Source: Eledone cirrhosa
Taxonomy: Eukaryota
Direction of reading: 5' to 3'
Assembly: GCA_964016885.1 (NCBI GenBank)
Contig: OZ024743.1
Location: forward strand, 160,766,001 to 160,830,000
Length of the DNA stretch: 64,000 nucleotides
Below the pieces are notes generated by a model. That model did no database searches and was not told the origin of the DNA. It saw nothing but the letters and a program-made list of their open reading frames with translations. Below are positions 13,239-27,900 of this stretch, piece after piece (positions within the stretch are counted from its first letter, which is position 1; each line of letters begins with the position of its first letter). The position numbers were made by a program, and so were the translations under genes.

Positions 13239-15233
13239 TTACCTTACTTCTCGTAGGGGAAGGACGGTTTTTCCATCCTTTTCACTGCTTGTGGCCTCCT
13301 CAGGAAGGATGTCCTTATAAATCCTCCTGGAGAGTGCTTGTCGGAAGTCTCCGATGTCTTTGGGGAATTTTTGTTTTAGTGTCATGTACGTTTTCTGTGT
13401 GATGCGAGTGATTTGTATGTGTGGAGGTGGTGTGAATTTTGGGGTTGTTGTGTAGTCTTTTTCTGTGATGCTGGTGTTGTGTTGGATGTAGTGTAATAAT
13501 TGCTTGTTTTTCAAATTTAATGCTGTGTAGTGTGTATCGTTTTGGTTGTTTTGTTTTGTTTGCGTTTGTTGTGGGTTTGTTTCTGTTTCGCATTTTGGTG
13601 ACTTTTGTGGTGTAGGTGATGGTGGTGTTGGAGTTAATGATGGTGATGGTGTTGGTGTTTGGGTTGATGGGGTTGGTGATGCTGGTGTGGATGGTGGCAT
13701 ATCTGTCCTAACTTTTTTGTTTCTTAGTTTATTTGTTTCCCTCTGTATTTTGTTTTTGGAGGGGGAAGGAAGAGAATTTTTTTCTTTTTTGGTTTCTTTT
13801 TTATTTCCGGATATCGTTTCCCACTCCTCGTCGTCACAATCTGTCTCCAGTTGTGATAGGCCGGGGAGTGGAAAATCCTCCACAGGCGTTAGTTTTGGTT
13901 GTGGCGTGGTGGATGGTGTAGGCGGTGGTGCTAGTTCTGAAGCGTTGGGTGGTGGTGGTGTTGGTTTTGCTGGTGGTGGTGGTGGTGTTGGTTTTGATAC
14001 TGTTGCTGGGGTTGTTGCTGTTATAGTTGCTTCTCTTGTTGCTGCTACAGTTGTTGCTGCCATCTCTGCTACTGGTGGTGTTGATGATTGTGTCACTGGG
14101 GTGGGTAGGAGAGGTGGCCTCAACCTTTTAGCCTGAGGGCAGAAAGCCCTTAGGTGGGTTCCTTCACCACAAACGACGCACCTAGGTCTTCTGCCCTGGA
14201 CAATTACCGTGAGGTGGCTGCCGTCAGTGAGGTCTATTACCTCTGGGATCTCCTCAATGTTTTTTTGGTCCGCTTGGATCAGGAGCTCCATCCCAGATCC
14301 GGACCAGTTCTCCTGCTTTTCTTTTGCTATTGCTATTATTTTTGTGTTGGCTTCGATTCCGGCGAGGACGGCCGCTATTAGCCAGGGAATTTTGATGGCC
14401 GGTGGAACGTGGGTCACCCTGATCTTTACGAGTCTCTGGCCACAATAGCTTGGGTCGAGTGTGAAGTCGTCACTTCTTAATGGGGCCATGGAGTGTTCTC
14501 TAGCCTCCTCTGGTGTTTCAAAGAACACGTCCACGGTTCCATACTTCTGCCCACGTCTGATGTGGGTTTTTCTTGCCCACATATGTCCCAAAGCTTTTTG
14601 GATTTGGGACTCGGATGCCCGTTCCACTCGGCGCGATTTTACATTTATCGTTCGATACGACACGGTGCATAGGCGCCGATGCTCCATTTTATTAGGTGGG
14701 GGGTTAGGCTGACCCTGTACCCATCTTTCTTTACTATTTGTTTGGCATTTTCTAAATCCTCCTGAGTTATCGTAAATGCTTCGAATTGTTTTGCTACTCT
14801 GGCGAAACTGGGGGGGGGGGGTTATAATGTCATTGTTGTTGTTGTTGCTATCGTTATTTGTGTTAATATTAATTTTAGTTTCAGTTGTGGTGGTGGTGAC
14901 GTCAGTCGTCTTTGGTGGGGAAGAGTCCATTTTGCTTGATTTCATTTCGACATCACGAGTTAATTTATTTTTTTCTTCTTTTGTTTCTGTTGTAGCGGTG
15001 GTGGTGGGGGTGGTGGTTGTTGCGGTGGTCGTGGTGGTGGAGGCTTTAACACCTGCAGCCATTGGTAATGGCGGGAAATGAATGTCTGCCTGAGACAAAT
15101 TTAAAATATTGCTACTGCTTATACTTTTTGTAGTGTTGGCAAACGTAGTAACATTTACAATGGTGGTGTCGGTGTGAGGTGTTAATTTGTGAGGAAGGCT
15201 TTCGGCTGCTTGGTGCAGAAGTGAATTAGCCAT
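13239..15233 (-). CDS. Tx1 ORF1 (gag-like; CCHC knuckle CVVCGEGTHLRAFC, Pro/Thr-rich tail)
   Basis: Intact 664-aa ORF immediately upstream of ORF2. Confidence 0.85.
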   Translation of the reverse strand: MANSLLHQAAESLPHKLTPHTDTTIVNVTTFANTTKSISSSNILNLSQADIHFPPLPMAAGVKASTTTTTATTTTPTTTATTETKEEKNKLTRDVEMKSSKMDSSPPKTTDVTTTTTETKININTNNDSNNNNNDIITPPPQFRQSSKTIRSIYDNSGGFRKCQTNSKERWVQGQPNPPPNKMEHRRLCTVSYRTINVKSRRVERASESQIQKALGHMWARKTHIRRGQKYGTVDVFFETPEEAREHSMAPLRSDDFTLDPSYCGQRLVKIRVTHVPPAIKIPWLIAAVLAGIEANTKIIAIAKEKQENWSGSGMELLIQADQKNIEEIPEVIDLTDGSHLTVIVQGRRPRCVVCGEGTHLRAFCPQAKRLRPPLLPTPVTQSSTPPVAEMAATTVAATREATITATTPATVSKPTPPPPPAKPTPPPPNASELAPPPTPSTTPQPKLTPVEDFPLPGLSQLETDCDDEEWETISGNKKETKKEKNSLPSPSKNKIQRETNKLRNKKVRTDMPPSTPASPTPSTQTPTPSPSLTPTPPSPTPQKSPKCETETNPQQTQTKQNNQNDTHYTALNLKNKQLLHYIQHNTSITEKDYTTTPKFTPPPHIQITRITQKTYMTLKQKFPKDIGDFRQALSRRIYKDILPEEATSSEKDGKTVLPLREVR

Positions 15234-15457
15234 TTTTTTTCAAAGAAATTTTTTGATAATAATAAAAGTTTAAATTTTGGGCACAAAGCCCCAATCTTTT
15301 TGGGTGTCCTTTTCGGAAAACGATGTATGTGCGCTTATATATGGTTAACAATAAAAAATTTCCATAAATGGCAATTTTTAAGAAACGGAAATAACAAACT
15401 TTTGCGGAGCTCACGATGATACGATTTACTACGTAGGTCGCCAATAATAATAATAAT

Positions 15458-15496
<39 letters not shown>

Positions 15497-15497
<1 letters not shown>

Positions 15498-15626
15498 TTT
15501 TCTTTATTAACCACAAGGGTTTACATAAAGTAGACATTAAGGACAGTACAGGGCAATACAGGACGGTACAAATGGGCATTTCTGCGTGTAAAAAAAAACA
15601 GAGGATGAAATAAAATAACAAAGAAA
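15497..15626 (-). mobile_element. Isolated 3'-end fragment (about 130 bp) of the same Tx1 family
   Basis: Near-identical to 9545-9672 and flanked by (AAT)n. Confidence 0.85.
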
Positions 15627-15640
15627 TAATAATAATAATA

Positions 15641-15823
15641 ATTGTTTCTACTTTAGGCACAAGGCCAGCAATTATCCCAGTGCATTACTGGTACTTTATT
15701 TTATCGACCCCGTAAGGATGAAAGGCAAAGTTAACCTCGGCGGGATTTGAATACAGATTATAAAGGGACGTAACTATGCTGGAAAGCATGGCGTCCGACC
15801 CTCTACCGATACTGCCAATCCAC
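15641..15823 (-). mobile_element. tRNA-derived SINE (octopus-type family)
   Basis: A box TGGCAGTATCGG and a degenerate B box; homologous to 47478-47667. Confidence 0.8.
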
Positions 15824-16019
15824 AATAATAAGTGTAACCGAAGTTGCAGCTGCGAGTAGCTGGTTCGCAATCAATTCTTGGAGGCTGCTATATTTATCTG
15901 GAGCCAGGAAATCGCAACAGAAGCCATGGATATACGAAGTCTCTTAGAATTGAGAGAGGAGCTTCCCGCCGAAAGTAGTCTTGTTCCGCATTACAAATTT
16001 TCCCAGGAAACTTTGTATA

Positions 16020-16057
<38 letters not shown>

Positions 16058-16060
<3 letters not shown>

Positions 16061-16338
16061 ATAATAATAAATTTGATGACTAAAATCCAAATATATGACT
16101 AAATCCAAATATATATCAAATATATAAGAACCGTAGAGAAAATATTTATTAAAATAACAGATTAAAGTTTAAGCAAAGAATTGCTGCTTTCACCCTTAAC
16201 GGGATCTTCCGAAATGTTGCAACGTTTTTTGAAATATCCACTTCTGCGTTTACAGATTGACTTTGTTAGTTTCAGAAGATCCCGTTAAGGGTGAAAGCAG
16301 CGATTCTTTGCTTAAACTTTAATCTGTTATTTTAATAA
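16058..16338. mobile_element. Penelope family B mini-element: two inverted pseudo-LTR pieces between (TA)n tracts
   Basis: 16058-16215 matches 39925-40085; 16242-16338 matches 41738-41836. Confidence 0.75.
16268..16318 (+). ncRNA. Hammerhead-like motif with CAGAAGA (U4A) core
   Basis: AGUUU-CAGAAGA-uCCC guuaa GGGu-GAAA-GCAG..UUGC-UU-AAACU. Confidence 0.55.
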
Positions 16339-16396
<58 letters not shown>

Positions 16397-16721
16397 GCAT
16401 GTGTGTGTGTATTTATGTCTGTGTATGTGTGTGTGTATGTATGTGCGTGCGTGTGTGTGCGCGTGTGTGTATGAGTCTGTGTGTGTATTTGTGTGTGCCT
16501 TTTCTTTGTCTTCTGATTTTTCACACACACCTTATATATAAAAGAAGCTGTCATCATTTTCCCACGTCGGAGCGGTGGATTAGCAGAATTGTTATTTGTT
16601 CTGGCACATTACGAGCTTAGTTCAAATTCTACCAAGGTCAACTTTGCCCGTCATCCTACCAAAGAAGATTTTAAAAAGTACTGGTCAGTATTGGTGCCGT
16701 TTTAATTTATTTGGTCATATT

Positions 16722-16822
<101 letters not shown>

Positions 16823-18134
16823 CAAACACACACACACACACACACAAATAAGATGAACTTCCCCATTCCGCAGCTTTCACCTTCCTAATTTCACAATAAG
16901 CTATGGCAGAAAAATCTTGCTCAATTTTTGCATAGTAGTAGAGAACCCAAAAGCATGTAGTTGAGAAATGAAATTTACTAAATGGTCATGCCTAAAGAGA
17001 AAATTCTATACTTCCAGCATTTCCTCAGGTGATTTAGGAGAATCAAATATACGGCGTTTCTAGAATTAATAAGTTTCTTGCAACATATTACCCCAGTAAT
17101 TAATATGCGGTTTATGTCTTTCCACCGTGAAACTGATTCTCTTCGGCATTACAACTAGTTCTAAGTAATATATAATAGTATATTTCAAGAAAATCTGAAC
17201 ATTACAAAAATGTCGCAGAAACAAAATAAAAAGAAATAAGTTTCATATCTATATAACACTAATTTGAATGTATTTTATTTTGAAGTGTATGTGAAAAGTG
17301 TTCAAGAGAGAAATTTACAAGAGCAAAGATATTGTAATTTTAAAAATGAATAAATAAATTATCAAAATTGCGCACGCGTGTTTACCAACACTAAGAAATA
17401 CAAAAATAAATTAATATAATGACAGTAGATAATATATAAAATTCAGTTGATATTTTAATTGAGTTAGAAGGTTTTCAGCTGTAGTACGTTACGTAGTTGC
17501 ATTTTAAAATGTAGAGCTATCATAGATTGCAAAGCTAAGGTTTCATGTATGGACCCGTCTCTAGTGACATACAGTTTGGTGGGGCCCTCTTCAGATCTGG
17601 ACACAGCTGATTTCTTCAAGAGGTTGCGAAAGAGTGATAGATAGGAAGAACCGACCCCAGTACATATCTGGCATTTTTTTTTAATCGACCCTGAAAGGAT
17701 GAAAGGCAAATTTGTAATACAGGTGAAGTACCGGAGAACTGAAAGAACGTAGCAGTTGTCTGTATCCACCAAAAAGTAATCTTGCAAAATGTAACAACTG
17801 CAGAGGAGTAACACTTCTATCCATACCAGGGTTATCCTGAATCGAATGAAAGAGGCAGTCGATCATGTCTTATGTGAGCAACGAACTAGATTCCGATCAA
17901 GTATTTATTCTATGACGCATCATTGAGAAATACAATGAATTCCAAGTACCACTAGCCATCACATTCATTGACTTTACTAAAGCATTTAATAGCCTACACA
18001 GACCATCCTTATGTGGAGGACATGTACGATTTCACCCACCCCGGAAGCTCTATCAACAGTTATATATTTATATATATATATATAAAGCTGTTATATATAT
18101 GTAACAGTTATATATATATATATATATATAACAG

Positions 18135-18210
<76 letters not shown>

Positions 18211-18211
18211 T

Positions 18212-21010
<2,799 letters not shown>

Positions 21011-21032
21011 TTCGTACGTATACATACATACT

Positions 21033-21139
<107 letters not shown>

Positions 21140-21277
21140 AGTGTAAGTTTCTACACAAAACGAAGGTTATAGAGAAAATTGAGGTTGGTAATGGCACATG
21201 GAATATATAAGAGACAGAATACTTTTTTGTGAAAAAACATATCATTTTATAAGGTAAGGAAAGAATAAAGGGTATAA

Positions 21278-21325
21278 AAAATGACCGGTTTCGATGGGTC
21301 TCCAAAAGCCATCTTTTCAAATGTT
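21278..21325 (-). ncRNA. Type I hammerhead, U3-A8 variant
   Basis: aacau-UUGAAAA-GAUGG..CCAUC-GAAA-CCGG-UC-auuuu; stem I is weak. Confidence 0.6.
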
Positions 21326-21679
21326 GATTAATATTAAGAAAAATTAATAATAAGAAGAGTTAAAATTTGAGATTTGAAAATTCAAGTATAAAATTCAGTG
21401 TGGGATTTCATAGTAGTTTTCATCTTGGTAGCAGCAAGCTGACTGCTGTGTGTCCCCTTCTGGCAGTGAATGAGGAATTATTTGTGGGGAGTGGTTCTTT
21501 TCAAGGTCAGATTTAGCAATGGCCAGACGGCCAGCTGCTGGTCAGTGAGGGGGTGGAAGCAATATACATACATACATCTCCATCTGGTCGGTAGGAGAGG
21601 GGAGAGTGATAGAAAGGGATTTAGTGCACTTACACCCATATATACACATACCCTCATCCACACACACATACATATACAT

Positions 21680-21752
<73 letters not shown>

Positions 21753-23312
21753 TACATACACACACACATACATATACATACACACATACACACACACATA
21801 TATACACATACACACACATATATATACACACACACACATATATATACATACACATACATCCAGATACACACATACATACACACCTCAATTTTATCTCTCT
21901 CTATATATATATATTTATTTATTTATTATATGTATATCGTTTCATTAATACCTATAATACTCTCTATATATATATTTGAACAAATTTGTCTATCTAGTAT
22001 AATAACATGCTCGTAATTACATTTATAAGTAATTTAGATACTCAAATGACTCTCTATTGTTATAAGTGTTAGATATTTCCTTAATGTTCGAAATTATATA
22101 ACGATTATTACTTAATTTAATTTAATTTATTTTATTTTTATTTTAATTAAATTTAGATTACCTTCGGCTCATTCAAATCCTTAGATCCTCTTTCTATCAT
22201 CTTCGTGGACATTTTAGAAGTGTCTTTTGTCTACTATATAATAAAACCCTCTTGCATTTTAAACTATATTTTTTAATATTGGGCATTTTTATGTTTCGCA
22301 AACAATTCATTATTTTTTCACTTTTATTTTGTATCTAGTCCTTATCCTTAGGACTCATGAAGTTTTGACTTATATATATATAGTATATATCTATTAAATA
22401 ATCCTATTGCAATAATTGATCTAAAACATTAATTTTTAACAATATTTTCAGTAACTTATTTACGATATTGTAATATGTTATGTATATTTGAAAGGTATCA
22501 TCTTAAGTCTTTCTTTAGACAATATAATCTTTGTGTATTTTTTTGATAACCGCATATATGTAATTTAAAATTCAGACCTTTTTAAGTTTAATTATAAGGC
22601 CTGTTGATCCTTTAGGCACTCAAATTGTTAATAATAAATTCTTTAAAAATTATAATTGTAATTATTTTCTAAATTATATTATATAAACTGTTGTCAATAT
22701 TATATAATATATTTGGTAAAGTTTACCTTCGTGAGGTTGTAAAAACATTATGTTTTCTTTCTCGTGTTTGCAAATCCTTTAAATTTGATTTCATAAAATT
22801 TGATTTTAGAAATTAAATTTGATAGTATTTAATATTAATACAGATACTTATTAACTTTTAAAACCTAAAATATTATTCATTACTCTGAACTAACTTAATT
22901 TAAATATTTTGAATATTAACGGTCAACCAGATATGTTTAGATATATACTGTATATATGGCTAATTGTCTAAAGACTTGAACATAAGTTATTCCTCTGTAT
23001 CTCTCTCTCTCTCTGTAATCAACTCTTTGTTTTTCTAGGCTCCTACTAACTATATCATCCCCTCATCATGTTCTTCCTCTACGCTTTTCTTTTCTTTCCT
23101 CTTTCTTCAGTAATTTAAATTATTTAACAGTTATATTGATGCCAAGTATTTTTTTAAGCTGTCTCACACACACCCTCTCTATTGTATGTATTATATATTT
23201 TTCTTATGTTCTCAATATTAAGGTATATACATTTTGAGTTTTGTCATACATTACTCACTACCATGACTGAATCTTAACCATGTACTATGTCAGGGTATGT
23301 CATGCGTCATCT

Positions 23313-23379
23313 TATTTTATCTGATGAGGATTTACTGTTGAAGTTAACTCAGTACCTCTGAAATGTGTATAATAAAATA
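23313..23379 (+). ncRNA. Type I hammerhead with canonical core and extended stem II
   Basis: UAUUUUAU-CUGAUGA-GGA uu UACUG..CAGUA cc UCU-GAAA-UGUGUA-UA-AUAAAAUA; 8-bp stem I. Confidence 0.7.
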
Positions 23380-23474
23380 TACTTTATCACAAGAATATCT
23401 ATTTTGTTAATATTTTGAATTAATATATATATATATGAATTATAAGAATCAAAGAACTGTTCAAAACATGTTTA

Positions 23475-23521
23475 TGCTTACAACTGTTTCCTCCAAACCG
23501 AGGTTTGGATTCTTCGGAGCA
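23475..23521 (-). ncRNA. Type I hammerhead with CCGAAGA (U4C) core, left arm
   Basis: Reverse complement of 24063-24109. Confidence 0.65.
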
Positions 23522-24062
23522 ATTTATTATTGAATGAACACTTATATGACCTCCTTTTCACCCAAGATACATATGCAAATATTGTGGGTCAACATTCATT
23601 ACAGCATTTAGTGTGGCAGTACACATTTAGAGATTACATTCATATTAAAAGATACAAACAAAAATACAGGTTAAAATACAACATGAAATTAAGCGGTTAT
23701 AGAGTGCAATGGTTATACGTGTGGCAAGCACGTGCGTCTTGTTTATATAGTGTGGCAGATCAACCAGATCAACCCCCTTAACACTCTTGATTACCTGCTT
23801 AAGTGCTTCTATTACACGTAACTCTCTGCCACACTATATAAACAAGACGCACGTGCTTGCCACACGTATAACCATTGCACTCTATAACCGCTTAATTTCA
23901 TGATGTATTTTAACCTGTATTTTTGGTTGTATCTTTTAATATGAATGTAATCTCTAAATGTGTACTGCCACACTAAATGCTGTAATGAATGTTGACCCAC
24001 AATATTTGCATATGTATCTTGGGTGAAAAGGAGGTCATATAAGTGTTCATTCAATAATAAAT

Positions 24063-24109
24063 TGCTCCGAAGAATCCAAACCTCGGTTTGGAGGAAACAG
24101 TTGTAAGCA
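24063..24109 (+). ncRNA. Type I hammerhead with CCGAAGA (U4C) core, right arm
   Basis: UGCU-CCGAAGA-a UCCAAAC cucg GUUUGGA g-GAAA-CAGUUG-UA-AGCA. Confidence 0.65.
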
Positions 24110-24320
24110 TAAAAATGTTTTGAACAGTTCTTTGATTCTTATAATTCATATAACTGCTCTGTAAATCATCTGATGTTATTACATTGAGCTATTTAACTTA
24201 CTGGTAATAAGGTAGTAATATATTACTGCCTACCACTATTTAGGATTTATAAAAATATATATAACTACAAAAGGTTTTTGTATTTGCATAACCATAAATA
24301 GTATACTTAATACTTAATAC

Positions 24321-24367
<47 letters not shown>

Positions 24368-24493
24368 CTGTCTATCTAGTCTAATTTATTTCTCTCTCCT
24401 TCTCTATCCTCCTATCTATCTTTTGTTTTCTCAATATTTGTACCAATTTGTCTTTCTCCCCTCCCCTCTCTCTACCCCCCCCCCCTCTCTACT

Positions 24494-24534
<41 letters not shown>

Positions 24535-24999
24535 TCTCTCTCTCTCTATCTCTATCTCTTTAACCAAGCTCTATTCATCTCCCATTTTTCTTACTATCAA
24601 TCGTTGCATTTTACGCTATATCTCTCCTTTGTTTCCTAATATTTCTATCAATCTCACTCTTTTTATTTCTCCTTCATTTCCTCTTCCTATCCCATTTTCT
24701 CTATCATCCTCTCTTCTCCCATCTCCCTATCTGTCTCTCCTATCTTCATCTAACCCATTGTCACTTTACACTGTATACTTTATATTTTTCTCTTATTAAT
24801 CTCCTTCAACTTTCACTCTCTCATTTCTTCTTTCTGCTCATCCCCACCTTACGGTCATTTTATTTCTCTCATCCTCACCCTGCAGCTCACTTTCTATCAT
24901 TCATACTCTATTTCTCTCCACCCCTCTATATCTACGTATTCTCAATAGGTTAAATGTATTTTTGATGTTGATACAATAATGGCATCATATGAAGCAGTT

Positions 25000-27900
25000 G
25001 TTAGAATATCAAACATGACACCGTACACAAACACACACATACATGTTTGGAGGTGTACATGCCCGCCTCCAAATATACATGTACGCCTCCAAACATATAC
25101 ACAGATGTATACACATTAACACGTATATAGGACATGCAGATATGCATATATTGGTATATTCGCTCATATAGTGCATACGTCGGTGCATACATACACTCCT
25201 GCATACATAAACATCTATACTCTCTTTCATAGAGAATCAAGCATACAAACATACAAATACAACTCTCTCTCTACGCACGAATACACTAACCTCCAGAGAC
25301 AGTTATACGTATACACACACGGTACACTCTCACATAAACACGTGAACATACTATTATGACTTGTGTAATATTGAGCCAGTAATGTATACAAGCTCGTAAA
25401 CACACACAAACACACAAACAATAACATTAATACACACTCGCAAATGCACATACCCCGTTAGATTATACGGATTTGGGGCTTATGATTTATATCAATGGTC
25501 CCTTTTTGGGGGGTTTATAGTTTCAGGAGAGACACGGAAAGGGGTCGTGCAAGATTATAATCATTCTTATTATACAGAAACTACGTAATATGACGTTTGC
25601 AGCTTGAGAACATCTGTCTAGACCCTAGTAGTGGAAAATAGAAGTGCGTGTAAGTGGCTCGTTTAACTGGAAATAAAGATGATGTAGTAAGAACGTGCGT
25701 GTTCTAACTTTTCTTTGAGTGGTATGGAAGATGTATGAGGTTAAATATAACCGTTTGGTTTATATTTGGCTTGGGTTCTAAGTGGGCTTTCTTTTCTGAT
25801 CGTATTTAATTACGGATTAAGGCAAACGACGTAATATCCATGCAGTGTGACCGTCAAGTAATATTGCACTTTCTCCACTGTCGAATATTTTCTGTACACG
25901 CACAGATTCTGGTGATGTCTAAAGTGAAGATGCTTAAATTGGACTCGATTAGATCATTCAGTTGCTGGTCCTCTGTACTTGTTGTTAGCGGCATGCATTG
26001 CAACACAGTGTTTGGGGCTAGCGAGGCTGTTAATGTTTTAGCTATTTCTAAATGTCTTTTGTTTTTTCATGTTTGTCTGTGTTGAGTGGGAGAGGTAGTA
26101 TTTCGATGATATGCTAGTAGTGTTCTAGTGTGTTGAATATGCGTCTGGAGGTTTGGAAGTATTTTTCCTGTAGTACCAAGGTTCAACCTATTGCAACAAC
26201 AAACTGTGCCCCTGATATGTCCAGATAGTCTTTCATTTTAAGTATTTGTGTTTCTGTGTCAATGTGCTCTGAGGATGTGCTTGTGTGTTTCACGAGCTTG
26301 TACATATTGCTGACTCAATATTACACGAGACATATTAGTGTGTTCGCGTGTTTGTGCGTCTGTGTGTATATGTGTATATGAGTGATTATGTGTGTGTGTG
26401 CGTGCTAGTGTGTGTATGATGTGTATAAGTGTTCCTGGGTGTTAGTGTATTCGTGTGTAGAGAGAGTTTAAGGGCACTAGTTTACTATGACTTAAATAGA
26501 ACAGCAACCTACACAGGGCCGATTTAATCTGTTTATACACCCTTGTTGGTTCTGTTGGTTATATATGGTACCTATGAATGTTTGTTTATTTTGGCTAATT
26601 ATACATTTAGTTGTAGAGACTGCGAATGCTGGAGGTTCTTGCAACAACAAACTATAAACAAATATCTTTTCATTTTTTCGTATTTTTGTTTTAGTCTATA
26701 TGTGGTTTGTATAAAGCCCGAGATGATGCACTAATTTATATTCTATTTAGGACTAAATTGTGGTTTGTTGTGGGGAGATTAGAGTCCCACTCTGAGCTGA
26801 CATAAACTGATGAATCTAATGCCTTTCAGTTGGATAAATGCGACACATGTGAATGCTTCATATATGCGTGTACGCTGTTCTATCTTCTGTAATGTCTTCT
26901 GTGCTGTGTGAATGTTGTGGGGGATGTATGTATGTAATCCTCAGTATATGTTTATGTCGATGAGTGTGAGGTGTTGTGTTTAATGTTACTTAATGTTGCT
27001 AGTAAAAACGGTGATTGTAGATTCTTTGAATTGCACTTTGGCGTTTGGGAAACAGGTATATAAGTAATTAATTGTTTCTTATATAGGCACAAGGCCAGCA
27101 ATTTTGGCGGAGGGGAAAGTCGATTAAAACAACCCCAGTGCGTGACTGGTACTTTATTTTATCGTCCCCGTAAGGATGAAAGGCAAAGTTAACCTCGGCC
27201 GGATTTGAACTCAGATCATAAAGGACCGTAACTCTATGCTGCAAAGCATGGCGTCCGGCCCGCTACCGACACTGCCAATCCACCGCCCTAGGTATACAAG
27301 TAATTAATATTGTGCTGGAATAATTTGTAGCAATGGCTGGAGCATAGTAAGGAGATATATGCGTGGTGTACTTTGTGTATGAGACTGTATATTCTATGGG
27401 CAGATGGGAAAAGGTAAATGTATGTATAGAACGAAAAGAATAGTTGAGAAAACTGATTCATGTGGAACATCATTCGGGAAATGAAAAACACTCTGAATGC
27501 CTGTGTATACTACATAGGTTCGGACATCTAAGAGATAGTTTGGTAGCTAATGTTTTGTGTTGATTCTTCTGTATGCGTTGAGTACTTTGTTTAGCGCATA
27601 GGAATTTGACGAGTATGTTTGTTAGGGACTTTAAAATTGCAATGAGCCCACTTTTTTCGGATTGTGGGAAGCAGGTAGCATTGATATGAGAAGTTGGGTG
27701 TATTGGTATATGTACTAATGCCTTTAGAGTATATTTTTAGGTGTATTTCTGTAATTTTGTCAGGCCTTAACACTTTTCAGTTTGGCGATTTCCCCATAAC
27801 TTTTCTAATATTCTAATGGATGGAAGTGGCCTAAGTTTTGATCTGTCTTGCGTTTCGTATTTCTGTCTACATTATAGCGTTTGGTTCTTAGTGGATGACT

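Larger units (their letters stand above)
9545..15442 (-). mobile_element. Near full-length Tx1/L1-clade LINE of about 5.9 kb inserted in (AAT)n
   Basis: 5'UTR, ORF1, ORF2 (APE-RT-zinc finger) and a 3'UTR with AATAAA, with (AAT)n on both sides. Confidence 0.92.
23432..24152. mobile_element. Long inverted repeat (arms of about 328 bp, 65-bp spacer) with one hammerhead in each arm
   Basis: 23432-23759 is the reverse complement of 23825-24152 with only a few mismatches. Confidence 0.9.

Noticed and set aside
13546-14136. Gly/Val-rich plus-strand ORF and other antisense ORFs over LINEs
   Set aside because: They are shadows of the Tx1 and Dong coding frames.
17523-17598. Minus-strand CUGAAGA ... 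GAAA with a UGUAUG/CAUACA helix
   Set aside because: No valid NUH triplet and poor stem III; at best a decayed hammerhead.
23530-24054. Pair of near-identical 80-83-aa ORFs on opposite strands
   Set aside because: They follow from the inverted repeat, start with TTG and show no domain.
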